Shown: positions 32,417-46,164, counted from the first letter of the whole stretch. The stretch is DNA of 53,187 nt, filler included, from Trypethelium eluteriae (GCA_051942245.1; 2 parts of 2 records of this genome joined end to end with filler, not necessarily neighbours in it), one strand, 5' to 3'. The notes: generated by a model from the letters alone, not told the origin. Program-made: numbers and translations.

Positions 32417-35400
32417 GTTGGTTGCGACTGCTTCCCTGGTGATCATGGAGTTGCGAGATGCTGTAGAAGATCAAAAAGTCAGCCGGCGACCTGGACAGGA
32501 CTCGAGAATTTATATTGTCGCGAGTCACACCGGATGACATGAGCTGACTCACGATGTACTAGGGGCAGAGATGCCTAGAGATGCAGTCTTGTGCAATGGT
32601 TGCAGCAGGGCCAGCCGCAGAGAGCACAAGAGTCGACCCAACGGGCGACAAGCTGAAGATGCAGCGTGATATTGAAAGCGTTCGACCCGGCTTATGAGAG
32701 CAGGCGGGACAACGACTAGCAGCAGCAGTAGTAGTCGTACGTGGATGCAGCAGATGCGTTCTGACACACGCAGCACGCTGATGGCCGGATGGCGGATGGC
32801 GGTGGTGGTGGCAGTCGTTGTGGTGCCGAGGCAGGCTACGTAGCAACCTGAATGTACCGGGCGGACAACGGTGAAGGAATGGGAAGAGGGCAGAGGGGAC
32901 GACTAGCTTCGGTGACAAGCAGCAGCAGCAGCACGGGCAAGATATATCAGTTTCATTCTCAGCGCCCCTTTCACGAGAAGCTCGTGTCAAGCCAGGGACG
33001 GAGGGCCAGGCTGAGGCTAGGTTGTGCTGGGTTTGCCGAGACAAATGAAATGAGCGACTGCCTTTTTCCACCCCCCTTTGCTGGCAACATGACGCAAAAG
33101 ATCCTTTGTGACTGTGCGCCAAAATGTTGGCCCGGGTTTGGGTTTGAGGACTTTTGGCACGCAGTTTCAAGCCAATCTGGGTGCCGGCAAGGATGGGCCT
33201 GAGCCAAGCTACCGCGATCCACGGCTGCGTACCCGAGAGACTCGGCATCCTAGTCGCTCAGCGTCGTACCTGCATGCTCTTCTCTCGTCCAACAGACCGC
33301 TGCCGGCGCGGATGTCGAGAATCGAACAGGAATAGTAACAGGCCACTTCGCCCGCGTGGGATGCCCCAAGACGCCCAAAGACGCCCAAGACGCCTAAGAC
33401 GCTGAGCAGACTGCGGCACAGCTCGAAACCTTCTGCTCCGTGCCAGCAAGTCAGCAGCGTCCAAGTCAGACCTCGTCGTGCTTCCGCCTCCGTGGCAGTC
33501 TTCCGCTTTCGTGCGAAGCCGCCACCTCCGAGGCGAATCGAAGGCAGTCCACCTCTCACCTCAACCACCTCAACCTTGCTTGACCCTCGATCCATCTGTC
33601 ACTCCCGACGCCTTTACGAGTCCGTTTGCCGCCACCTGTGGCCATGCGACGGCGGCAGATGTATCGAAATGAGTCTGACTAGCGACGGGGACGCGCTTCA
33701 GCCTGTGCACCTGAAGGCGACGCTTTTTATCTGCTCATGGATAAAGTTCCGCCCCTTCGCTTTCGTCTAGAACGGCGCTAGAAGAAGCTCCCACTTCCGG
33801 AATCGCATCCCCGATGGCGTGGTATCCATCTCCACCGGCCTTGTCATGCTTTATCGACGCTGCGAATTTTTGTCGTGCGGCGTCGTTGGCAATCCCGTCT
33901 GCCGGGTCGCTAACCACTCGACGAAATCCAATTTACTGGATGCGCTGCCTTGAATTATGCCCTCTCCCCACAATAACGCTACGTATGAGCACAAGCAAAG
34001 AAGCAGTGGTGCAGACGGTGCAGTGGTGCCAACTCGGCCGGGCCACGCGAGTGAAGGATTGGATCATTTTCATGTCACCGTCTCTGATTGGCTGGAAGAA
34101 TGATACACCCCCCCCTTCACCAACATGCAGTAGAAAAACGTGGACCAGCCCGCTGCCATGTGGCTCCCCCTGGGACGGCGCGCGGATTGACAAACGCCCA
34201 GCCCCTGACAGCCGGTGCATGGATCCGAGCAAAAAGCCTCCGTAAATGCCTTGCTAACGTTTTCTTGCCCTCTCGTTTCAAGAAGCCCCAAGGCATGACA
34301 AGGTTTGAGCGTATATCCTCACAGCCCATGCTACTGACAGAGAAGAAGAAGAAAAAAAAAGATTTTTTTTTTCTTCATCCCCCTTCATTCACCGGACACG
34401 GGATGAACATGGTTGGTATTCGCCTTCGTCTCGGGGTGGCCTAGCTCTTGAAGAAGCAATAAAGCTTGGAACAGCCCGCGTTGCCGCCCTATGTGCCACA
34501 ATCGCGGTACTTGTATGTACGAAATGTTCTGGACGACGACTGCCGTTGACCGGCGTCATAGCTGCAAAAGGATTGGATATAATTTTTGTGAGGGAGAAGG
34601 TATCAGGCCCTCCGGCCTTAGCACTTAGTCGGGAAGGGTGGTGGCTACTGCATCACACATGCAACTAACAGCCTCACATAATAGACATCCTTTGCTTGCT
34701 TACTTACTATGCATGCGAGCGGTGAGTTGTATACTACAGTCGACGGGTACCTCAAATTCGTCCTGCTATCCAAGCATCCACAGCGCTCCACTTTACTGAC
34801 CCGAGACTGCAAGATACCGCAGCCTTCGTCGATGTTGGGTCAAAGAAAAAGACGGGTCACTGCATTGAATCGACACCAAGGATCTACGTTGTAATGAAAC
34901 TGACGTCCAGCTTTCGGGGAAGACGGGAGCAGTGTGACCAGTTCGCGGCTTCGGGCCTCAAGGCTGAGCCTAGCTGCAGCGGCTTTCCCTCCGTCTGCAG
35001 CGGTGTTTCCCAGCCCAGTGGAAGCGAAACCGGTGCCTGAGCGACCAAGGGTGCAAAAGCGATCGCAGCTTTTCCATCTTGGAATTCCACGAGTCACACG
35101 TGGAAGCCTTGCCGCCGTTCAAGGCTCTTCTTAGACGTACCGGCTCCTAGGGCTGCTGCAAATCTGCAGCAAAGACTTCCAAACCTACTTTGTCAGACAT
35201 GCGATCAGGCGATCAGGCGAAAGCGGTCCGGCGAATCGTTGCATGCCTCTGTTCATGCCGTTCGGGGATCCTTTAGGAATCTTACCCGATGTGCATCAAA
35301 CAAATTTCAGCCTTTTTCTGTAATCATCCTCGGCACTATTGGTAGCAGCCCTAAAAGTGAATCATGCGGGACTTGACTATTGCCTTAAAACGGGCGACCG

Positions 35401-36342
35401 ACAACCACGTTTCACATTCCGGACAGGGAGCCCCGGCCCGGTATGAAAGGACCCCCTGACGATCATCGAAAATCATCTCCCCTAATGCAGGACCGTTGCA
35501 GAGACTAGAAAAAATCGGAGGCGGTAATGGAAAGTCCACGCAGAGCTTCTAATCTTCGACCTCAGGCTTCTTCTTCCATGCGTATTTCGGGAGAGCATCC
35601 ACAGCATGGGTCATCCCAGTCGTCGGTACCTGCGTGCTCTCACAGACGACTTGTGGGATCGTGCAGATTCAAAATTTCTCTCCCCTTGGTGCCTTGGTGC
35701 CCAATATGTTTACGTACCATCACAGTCAATACCACGTCCATAGTCCTGGGGCGTCGGTTGCATCGCACCTACGCACCTACTGTATGCACCTACGCGAAGA
35801 CTAAATGTGATCTGGTGAATCGGGTGATACCCGTGAGACATTCGCAGGCATCACTGTAGACGATCTCAAATACTGAGATCCGGGAATCGAGAAGGCTTGA
35901 GGATTCAGTAGATTGACCTGCAAGCTTCCGTCACTTGCCGTCCTCTTGAATTATTTATTCGTAGCGAAGCTGAATGTTCTGATGAATCGAAAGTCTGCGC
36001 CTCCGGAACTTCCGATAGTCGTCATCTCGGTGGCAATGTCTCATAAATAGGTCAGGTACGACACGGACGAAAGGATACCCTCAGACGATATGCAACAACA
36101 TCCGGCATGGCCTCGGAAGGCAGCCACCTCCTTCACTCGTCACCTAAAATTAAATACATAAGGTAGCCTCTCGGTTAACGGACGAAAAGTACGGCTATGA
36201 CAAGGGCTAAAATCTGGAAGATTCCGAATTACTGCCTCGTTTATTCATTATCATTACTGCTCTATTTCGATATAGATCGTAAGTGACGTGATTCCTCATA
36301 TAGATTTTTCGCATGTTAGCCTTGGCCAAATCGTAAAATCCT

Positions 36343-38155
36343 TCATGATTGAACATGGATAGACCTCGGCGTAAATTTCGTATTGAAATCTATTTGCCTC
36401 ACGAACCATCCATTGTGCGTTTTCCAGTCCTTGTCAGGGTGCTCTAAAGAAATCTACAAACACACACCTGTCAGTATATGGAAATTCTCAGCCTCGTCAG
36501 TGAAGCTTACCTTGAAATATCGCAAAAAGCTCGGCACCAACTTATAAACCTCCAGCAACGAAATATTTTTCCCGATGCAGGTCCTTGCTCCAGCACCAAA
36601 TTGGAACATGGTTGCTCTCATCTCTTTCAATCTGGTCGGATCAGCCTCCAACCATCTCTCTGGCCGATACTCGTCCACATGGTCACCAAAGATTTCCGGC
36701 CGCCGATGCAGAACCCATGCGTTGCAACCGACGATAGTGCCTCCGGGAATTCGCTCCCCGCATATATCGATCCCCTGAGATGGTACGATTCTTTCGAGCA
36801 GTAGTCCGGCCGCGGGATGCAACCTGAAGGACTCTTGAACAACCGCGTCTAAATAAGGCAACTTCTGGCTGTCGGCCCAGCTGATGACGCCGTTCGCTCG
36901 ATCCTCAATCGTGCCGTTCTTGACATTTTCGTCAAGCTCGATCATGAGTTTTTCGTAGCATCTTGGATGTTTGAGCAGGAAGTAAAATACAGAACTCAGG
37001 CTGATGGCTGTGGTCTCGGATCCTGCAAACACCATACTCACACACGCGGTCAGAACGCGAGTATCATTCATGAAGTCGGGATGATCGTGCTGGGCTTGTG
37101 TGAATTTTGTCAGGAGATCAACACCCCGGCTACTGGCGGCGTTGACTTCCGCACCCTCCTTCACCTTCTGCATCTCAAGTTGGCGACCATTGTTCTGGTC
37201 CACTGCGAATTTGGTGACAGGAAAGACGGTGTTGGATATACCAAGACGTTGAAGCCAAAGTCGAATTGGGTTCTTTTCGAGGAAGAGGTCAAGAATCGGC
37301 ATTTGCCCAATCTATCAGAAAATGAATTGGATCAGCAAACCAGATCATGCAAAGCTAGCAGATATTCTGCAGGTTACGCAGCTTACCGGGCCAGCATAAC
37401 TCAAAAACTTGGCCAGGAAATCCACAATTCCATCCACGTCCTCATTCTTTTCTACAAACCCTAGTCGCTTGCTCCAGGTCAATTCTCCAATCACGTCGAA
37501 AGCATAGAACTGCAGCCATCTCGAGAAATCGCATGACTTCCCCGTCTCCGCGAATAGCTTCTGTGTTTGGGAAAGAAAGACCTGGGTAGTGGAGTCAACG
37601 AGCGGTTCATACGACACGAGCGACGTCATGGCAAAGGCACTGTTAACGCAGCGACGATATCGGGCATGGTAGTCTTCATCCGTGGTGGAGAACAACGAGG
37701 GTAGTCGATGACCCTTGGAAACGGCATTTTGGACCGGATAAAAGTCCGACTGTAAAAACCCCCCCAAACACCATGTCAGCGTCGAATGCCTCTTAAGCTT
37801 TTTCCCAAAACGGATTGAGGCAGTCTGTTGTGGGCACATTCTCCCTTACCTTGGTAAATCCCTTGTTCAATCCATAGATGGTTTTGACAGCCTTCGGATC
37901 TGCAAAGCTCAGGACGTTCGGGCCTAACCTCACGACGTCACCATGCTCGCGATGCAGGCGGATATGGGTTTGCTCAGGCGTCCGGTTCAATGCGTCGAAG
38001 AATCGCCACCAGTTCGTGTAATGTGCCAGTGGCGGCCCCGGGTATTTGTTCAAACCTCGACCATACTTGTTCCGGAGCAGCCACGCGGCTGTTGCACCGA
38101 CAAGAACGAAGAGCCAGTAGGGAAGGAGCAGTCTCAGCAGCTCGTCGATGAGCAT
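36343..38155 (-). CDS. Cytochrome P450, pisatin demethylase-like, 4 exons
   Basis: N-terminal anchor plus LNKYPGP, GDVVRLGPN, FYAFDVIGELTWSKRLGF, I-helix AGSETT, ExxR (ESFR), PERW and heme motif FGAGARTCIG. The last exon is 36453-36343. Confidence 0.95.
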
Positions 38156-39630
38156 AGTGGTGATAGCCTTGTCGTTATCGATTCGCTAGGCGGTCTTGAA
38201 CGCGAAGCACCAACATCTGGCTTGGGACACGGGCTGTAACAGTGAACAAGTAGGAAATTGAGACGCGTGTAGGGAGGAGAGAGGAGGGAAGAAGATAATA
38301 ATATAAGCCGTCAGAAGGCCCAGCGCGTCTGCTGCACCGGCGCATTATGGTAGCGCATCTGCGGTAGGTATTGGTGGGTATGATTGCCATCTGCTTTCGC
38401 AACGAGAATCTCGAAGTGCCGCCGTAGCTTAGAAGGCACAAAGGGTGGGGAGGGTCCTTCCCCATCGGCAGTTGAGCAAGCCCACGCATTACCAGTCATC
38501 TGGTCACCAATGGATGCCTTACGAGAGGTTTGAGCGGATTGCAGAGCACGACGCTAGCTACGGTAACTCTCATCTTTGCCGCTCCCCATACTCAGTCGGC
38601 CTCGTGGCATCAAAGCAATTGTGCGGACTCCAAGAAGTACCACCTACCCTGCTGTGCACTGTATCTCTAGCAAACCATGCAATGCCTTAGGTCATGGCCC
38701 GTCTGCGTGGTGGCTGGAGCCAGACACGAGCAAACGGGTTGATGATTGTTGCGCTATATACCTAAGGTAGGTAGGTACGAAATGATTAGTCTCCTGACGG
38801 CTTTGACCAACAACAACCGTCAACAGTCACAGTGAAGAAGCAATAAATGTGGGGGAGGGGTCGAGGCAGGAGCGGAAACCGTGCGCGTATTCACGCCCTA
38901 GCGGAATCACGCATTCCCCAGCCCCAGTGCCCCCCAGTTCCAGTGCCCGTGCAATCATTCAGTGCCACCATCTGCGTTGATGAACGAATTATGCAGCCTC
39001 GTCAGCCTCGTCCCGCCTGGCTGCGGGTGATTTGCAACTACCGAGTCCTGCAAATCGGAGATCTCGACCTCGAGGCTTGCTACCCTATACAGCAGACTCC
39101 ACTCGAGCCTCCGTATTTTGTGTCTCCAACAGCATATTCGGCAGTTCGGCCGAGGCGTGGGAGTACTGACATAACACGACTGCCGGTAATCCTTTGGCGC
39201 CCAAGAGATGAAGCCCGAGGTATCCTGATACTTGATGTACCTTATCGGTAAGTGAATCTCGATGTTCAACAGGGTTTGGTAATAAGCAATTTTCGCAAAC
39301 GAGCTCCGTACAAAAAAGCAATCTCATTCTTGATTCCTACATCCTATAGTTACGCAGCATTCGTCTTCTCAGAGCTACATGCCCCACGGCAAGATCATCA
39401 ACACATGGCGCATGCTCGGCTGTCACTATGCTGGCTCGAAACCTCGCGGCACTTGACTTGGGTAATGTCTAGGTCAAGAGGTGAGTCTGAAAGCTTGCTT
39501 CTAACTGGTCATCATATCGAGAGACAGCTCTCCAACAGTAGATTCGTACATTCATCCCTACTTCGTCTCACAAATCCAGAGAGTCTTGAGTCAATGCTAT
39601 CAAACAAGGTACCGACTATCTTATATCGTG

Positions 39631-41393
39631 TCATGTTGTATCATATCGGCTCTTCTGTCGAATTTTAGGACCCCATCTGAACAGAATCCATGGGATTGGT
39701 AAGAATGCAAGAGCAACGAAGCCAAGAAGGCTAGTCGCCCAGTCTATGCCCAACTTTTCGTACACTATTTAGCCGGCGTCAGCATGATAGTTCCTACGTA
39801 CTCCGTACTCTCATCAAATGTCTAGGAGTACACTCACTCTGTACAGTGAAGAGCGGAAAGGCTGCACTCAGCGTGTACCGCGCAAGAGAATTGGCTGCAA
39901 GAGATGAAGCACCATTCAAAGGGCCATACACATCGATCAGATAGGATGCAGATGCCCACTAAATACCATCAGCCATTTCTGCCATACGTTTGGGTTAGGC
40001 GGGTAAAGCCTACGAAGACCAGCAAGTTCCCACAAGCAAACGGTACTGCAGAAAGGACCGGACTGATCCAATGCACCTCCCTCCGGGCCGTCCAAGCGAA
40101 CCAAAAGAGTCCTATTGGAATCAGCAATGATCCTAGCATTGCTGCATAGAGTCGATGCTCCGGGGCAACCTTAGTACCCCCCTCTGCTTTGATCTGCAGG
40201 TACAGCTTAAAGTAGATTTTCTGGTCGATTAGTATGATAATCAACAGGGCCACCATACAACCAAGACCAATAGCGAGGAAGACTAGTCCAGTCTGACTCA
40301 AGTCAAACCCATAGACACCTCCGAATACGATAGGAAACGCATCAAAGAAGCCGAAGAGGACGGCGAAGATGAAGGCGGTGTACGCGGCGAACGACGTGAC
40401 AATAGGCTCCGTGAACAGCATCACCAGAGGCCGTATCAGCGTGACTGTGAGTAAGAACTTGACGGCCGCTTTACCCTTTGGACCCGCAGCTGGTATTGGC
40501 TTGCCCTGTCTCTTGGCTAGCCGCTTCACAATGATCTTTTGGTACGTCTCGGGCGTGGTGAAGCAGCAAAGCAAGATCGGCACCGCAGCAAACAGGGTCA
40601 CCCATTGTGTCCATCTCCAATTCTTGTATTGTACTGCAAAGCCACCAATGAATGGACCGAGCGCAGGACCCAAAAATGGTGCGAGTAAAAAGGTGGCACC
40701 TCCTATGCCCCGATAGTGCACTGGCAGTAGATCTGCCATAGTCCCACCACCGACCGCAAGGACTGGTCCTCCCGTCATGCCAGCCAAGAAGCGGCAAGCG
40801 CATAACGCCGCGAACGTCTGAGAGAACCCTGCGCCGAGGGTGAAGAGCATAAACACAAAGATTGACGTCCGATACACGACAAGACGGCCAAGGGTCTCGC
40901 TGACTGGTGCTGCAAGGACGGGACCAAAGCCCAGGCCCAGAGTATACAAGGAAAGGCCGAGAACAGCTGCCGTGTCGGAGACATGAAATCGCTCCGCGAC
41001 CTCAGCATTACCTGGCGTGTAGACAGACGAGCCAAAGGTTACGAGCAACCCCATCAGCCCAGTTACGGCTATCTGCCAAATTCGTTTCGACCATGGCCAG
41101 TTGTGCGGATTCTCAGGGCTATCTTGCCAGTCGACCTCACTTGCTGTCGTACCGTCTTGGAGCTTGTCTTCACCGGCACTCTTGTGGCTTTGAGGCTTTT
41201 CCAGGTCCTCGTCGCGAACGAAAGTCGACCCGTGTGGATTCTGACCACCCAATTGTGCTTCAAGTCCCTTGCTTGTCATTTCCTCTCCCAGATCATTCGT
41301 TGGCAGAGGTTTGTCTTGCCGAACATCAGGATCATCACCGTCCAGATCATGCCTCCTCCGCTCCACTGGAACGTCTCCAATAATGGGATCCAT
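39631..41393 (-). CDS. MFS drug:H+ antiporter (DHA1 family), 3 exons
   Basis: WQDSPENPHNWPWSKR, APVSETLGR, GPALGPFIGGF, WRWTQW, PETY, LFTEPIV and PEHRL. Later exons give YLIDVYGPLNGASSLAANSLARY and YEKLGIDWATSLLGF...GPKIRQKSRYDTT*. Confidence 0.95.
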
Positions 41394-43885
41394 ATTACGC
41401 GCCCAACCACTCAATCGACTCGAACCCCTCGATTTCTGCAAGATTTCGAGCTTATCGGGAAATGCGAGTGCCAGGTACTGCAGGGAAAAGATAAAGAAAT
41501 GAATCAGACAATAGCTGAGAGCAAAGCGAAGAACTATTGCCAAAGTCGCCAAACAGTCGACGGCCCCAGTGATATAGTGAAATCCAAAATGTGCAATGAC
41601 TTACAGGTGTAAAGTGATCAGTATGTACCCAGTACATGACACGCTCGTGCTCAGATCAGACATAATCGGAGAGGCAAGCAAAATGTGAGGCTAAAATAGC
41701 GAATAGTCAACGTGCCTCGGTCCTTGCAGGAACCCATCAGATTACGTGCCGCCCTCTACCATCTAGATGGAGGCTAATGTCCAATACCTGTACAGCGTTT
41801 GAGCCCATGACTCCTCAGTAATTAGTTAATTGTCCTATTTCCAGAAGAAGTTTCGCGGTGCAACTTGATCAGTAATCAATGAAAGAGCTGAATGGCTGCA
41901 AGCCACCACATCAAACATCTTATACGGCCGTACTTTAGTGTATGGAAGGAGCTGATGAAGCCGAAAAGGGCTTAACTCGGAATTCAGTCCAGCGAGCTGC
42001 TGAGCTGACGGGATTATGCCATCCTTTGTCGCTTCGGCGGCTGCTCTCTCGACGTTGGCCTACTCAGCGTCGGTAGTCGCCTATGCATGAATTCTAGTCA
42101 ATACATTTTTCGTAATGCAAGAATATTGCTCCGTACATGCGGCTATAGCTCTGTTACCTGGCGCTGTCTCAGTGTTCGGCTTTTTTAGATCGTATCATCT
42201 TGTTGTCTCGAAGCCACTGAGCGATCTTAAAATTTTATTGCACATCGGAAGCAAAAACTATGGCGAAGGCGTGCTCTAGTAGCATTGTAGATAGCCAACA
42301 TTTTGATCTGGGTGTATAGAGTAGCCAAAGTCTCGTTGGAAGCATACCGGGCTGTATGCGCGTAGATTGGGGTGCAGTGTTCCACTAAATAAATAGCATT
42401 TGTTTCGATCCTCTATAAGAGCTCGCGCCGCATTTCCTCGTATCCTATACTCTAAGTCAAGAAGTACTGTCCCAGCTATGTGGTAGAAACGAGACATCGG
42501 AAGAATGTACCGAACTGCCATGGCAAGGAGTCGGTGATAGTAATGACTTGCGCTTTCGACCAATCTAGAAATAGAGAAGGAAAGGATCGAGATCTACAAG
42601 AAGCGAGATGCTAAAGAAGCGCTTCCGGAGGTTTTAATGGAATACTATTCATCTAGCATGGTGACCGACGTCATTCAATCACCAAAGCTTGGCACTAGCG
42701 TCGAGCAAGCGTGATGGACAAGCAGGAACATCTTCGCGACTGACGGACCTCCTTCTTTCCCTGTCATCAATAATACAAGGTAAACCATCGACTCTTACAC
42801 ACATTCTCAATTGCATTCCTGGGTGTCTTCATCAATTTATCTGATCCTAAACACATCATGGCAGACTGTCTTCCGTTTCCCATTATTTGCTTCCAATGCG
42901 GAACGTGGGTAGCCCGTCTCACACCCGTTTAAAGTTACCGAGCATGACTGACAATTACCTTACTCAAGTGATCAAAACCCGTGCCATTGCAAAGTAGTAG
43001 GGCCAACTCTTGGATTTGCTGTGACAGTAGTTTCTGCAGTGCGTCGCGACCTCTAATGCACGATCAAAGCAGATAGAGTAATAACACGTTTTTGTCGCAG
43101 GTGGTGTGCTGGCCGGCCTCAATCTTTTGCGGATGCTGTATGACTGATACTGGCAAAAAGTAAGATACCCTCTGTGTGTGTATTGCCTTCGACTATCATT
43201 GACCTGTAACAAGGATGTTGGGAACACCGGTCGACTTTGGCAACGCCTGTAGTAATGCGATACCTATTTAATAACAACAGTGGATTACCTCGGGCCATTA
43301 CATGACGGGTCAGACTACCTATGTAACAATGGTGTTTTATGCGGGGCATTAGGCACATGCATAAGCTCATGGATACGAGCTGCTGTCCAGAGTGATTAAG
43401 TAATTCTTTAATTTTACGATTGGAGTATCAAGTGACGTTCAGCTCTCTTGCAGTCATCACCCCCCCCAACAAAGACTTCAACACTCATGGTGATGAATGT
43501 ATCATTCACTTGTGAATGCGGTCTTTATAAAAGTTCGAATCCCATGTGAATGACTTGTGCCGTATGACGCGTCGAAGAACCATGTAGAAGGATGTAAAAA
43601 AAAAAAAAATATTTGCGTGCGGTTGCCATCACTCTCCACGTCCTCGCGTGATCGTGAATCGACGCCTGTCGCGCAGAGCCGCAGCCACAACAAAGCAACA
43701 TCGTATATCAGGCCTTGACCGTGGTTCTTGCAGAACTGATGCTGTATCCAGAATCTACCTGTGGCTATGTTAAGTAGGGATAAAATCTCCGGCCAGTAGT
43801 TCACTGTGTGTGCCAAATAAACCACTGTTGTTTTCACCGTGCCCAGATAACCCTGCTGAAGTTTCTCGTCCGGACAAACATCAAC

Positions 43886-45556
43886 ATGGCTCAGAGATTC
43901 TCCGGCCCTACATATCGAGATCCAGTGCTCCCGTCGATGCTATCCCCTTCTCAACCAAAAAAATTTCCGAGGGCTCCTCAGCCGCCAAGCGTCCCATTCC
44001 CTGTGGCCGAGGGGTCATCTGCTGAATATAATGCTACTATACAAAGTAGCGATGAGCTGGGGCAGTTGACCGAGGGTATGAGCTGGAAGCAGGGCTGGGA
44101 TATGATTGAAGAATTCTTTCCGGAGCCGAGACCAGGCGTAGGACTGTTGACTGGAGAGACGAAAGTCGAAGAGGTTCGGAAACATAGCGAGCAGAGCAGG
44201 ACGAACGTTACTAACCTTCAGGACCTCAAGTCGTCAATCTTCGGCTCTGGGCCATTCCAAGGTGTTGTCGCCGAACAACCCAAAGAAAGGTATGAGGAAC
44301 AAATGAAACCCAGTACATCTCTCAGCCAGCCAAACACATCAAGCATTACGGCAACCAATGCACAGATAGTATCGACTGGTCATGTCGTGTACCCGAAGTC
44401 AGCCTTCTCACCTTCCACTAATCTTCAGTCGCTGCCTCATGGATGGCTCGGGCGAGGGTTCCCGGATGCGGAGAGCAGGCCGGCAGCCATACAAATCGCC
44501 GGCTTGTATCCGCCCAGTTGGCAATCAGCGCTTGAGATCCGTCCAAGCACACGTCAGATGTATGGAGCACAAGTGAATAACGTATTTCCGAGCAGGCTCT
44601 CACCCTCAACACCCTCTGCGCCAACTGGAGCACAACAGCGGGGAAGCGTGACGACAAGTCAAGCGGAGTCTTTCGCACCAGTCGAGAGAGATACACAATT
44701 GCAAATCAAGAAGAACAAGAAGAAGACAGCGAAGAAAATTCCAGCAGAGGACGAATGCAACAAAGGTCTAAGAGATGAAATATCTGCGACTGGTTTCGGC
44801 GTGCTGGTGCCTGTCCTCCCAAAAGACTCGATTTCTGCAACTCCACAGGGCCAGACAACCCAGGACGGTCCACAGTCGGCAGTGGATGTATCAATGGTCG
44901 ATAATTCGCAAGCTCCCCTGCTTGAGAATGAAGCCCTCCATGTCAATCAACCTACGATTCCGCCTAAACCCCATGCTCAAAAAGCCAGAGCGCCACGTCA
45001 ACGAAAGACGCAGAGGAAGAGTGCTGCCTCAGCCACGGCAAATTTGGAGGAGATGGAAGTTGCAAGGACTGCCGCTGAGGTGGACAAGGAGCATCCTGTT
45101 GAAGATACGCCAGCTCCAAAGAAGAGGGCAAGGAAGCCCGCTCAGCCAAGAAAGAAGGATATTTCCTCAAACGCCAAGGCGGAAAGTTCCAAGGATGCAG
45201 ATGTTACGGCTGAAATCGAAGTTCCTGATGCAGCGGGCATGGAAGTTGGAGATCCTGCAACTACAGAGGCTGAATCCATGATCCCTGCTGCAGCTAAATC
45301 TGGAGTTGAAGAGCCCGATGTCAAACAGGGGAAGATGACTCGGTCAAGGAAGAAAAACATCGGAGGGGAAAAACGGAAGGGACCAGGAATGGGGATAGGA
45401 GTGAAGGCAGTGGACAAGACTGAAGAGGATACCTTGACTACTAATGCTGCTGCACGTAATAAGAGGGCAAAAGTGGCAAAAGTGGCAAAAGTGGGGAAGA
45501 CGGGGCTGCGCAAGAGTGCGCGCCTCAGTAACAACAGCAATCCCGGCCAGGAGTAG
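43886..45556 (+). CDS. Hypothetical low-complexity, likely disordered protein (~556 aa) with basic C-terminal clusters
   Basis: Long uninterrupted ORF with ATG in TCAACATGG context. Rich in P/S/Q, then K/A/E, with NLS-like motifs (PKKRARK, KRAK). Confidence 0.7.
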   Translation: MAQRFSGPTYRDPVLPSMLSPSQPKKFPRAPQPPSVPFPVAEGSSAEYNATIQSSDELGQLTEGMSWKQGWDMIEEFFPEPRPGVGLLTGETKVEEVRKHSEQSRTNVTNLQDLKSSIFGSGPFQGVVAEQPKERYEEQMKPSTSLSQPNTSSITATNAQIVSTGHVVYPKSAFSPSTNLQSLPHGWLGRGFPDAESRPAAIQIAGLYPPSWQSALEIRPSTRQMYGAQVNNVFPSRLSPSTPSAPTGAQQRGSVTTSQAESFAPVERDTQLQIKKNKKKTAKKIPAEDECNKGLRDEISATGFGVLVPVLPKDSISATPQGQTTQDGPQSAVDVSMVDNSQAPLLENEALHVNQPTIPPKPHAQKARAPRQRKTQRKSAASATANLEEMEVARTAAEVDKEHPVEDTPAPKKRARKPAQPRKKDISSNAKAESSKDADVTAEIEVPDAAGMEVGDPATTEAESMIPAAAKSGVEEPDVKQGKMTRSRKKNIGGEKRKGPGMGIGVKAVDKTEEDTLTTNAAARNKRAKVAKVAKVGKTGLRKSARLSNNSNPGQE

Positions 45557-46164
45557 ACGTGATGAATGGGGCTCGTGGAGTCGGACCAAATTCAGTACGG
45601 TATAGAGCGTGTGAGGGAAGCCAATGATTGGCGCTAAACAATGTGGATTCCAGCATGCATGGCTACTAGGTAGCTATAGGCAGCTATAGGTAGATTCATG
45701 AAGAGGCACGAGAGGGCATATGAACGATACATGAACGACCGACACCGTAGCGTAGGTAGGTACCTGTAGAGACAGCCGGGTTGGACTCGTGATAGGATGG
45801 ACCCAGTCGTGCCAGTGGTGTACTCGTGTCATTCTCGCAGGGTCTCGAAGCGAATGGTCCAGTGGCACACCAGGCTTGTCCCGAGCTGCGTCATCGCCCT
45901 CATCCACCAACCGGGTCGACACCTGTGCAGCTGGCCTTCCACGGCATTGCATTGCTCGTCATATCCTTTCATTCTTTCCAGGCAACGACCTACCTTAGCA
46001 CCGTTAGTTTTTCTGGAGCTCTTCTGGGACTTTCCGTCGCGCGACCGCTCGTCCCATTGAGCGATCCCGTCCTTCTCCCCTGCGACGTGTCCACGAAGCA
46101 ACGTTTCAAAACATCCCCTAGAACCCAGCTAAATTTATCTACCCCTACGACTGATGAATCCGCC

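Noticed and set aside
31935..33595. Several 100-230 aa ORFs on both strands
   Set aside because: Low-complexity, non-protein-like translations that run through apparent intron signals; better explained as UTR or regulatory DNA.
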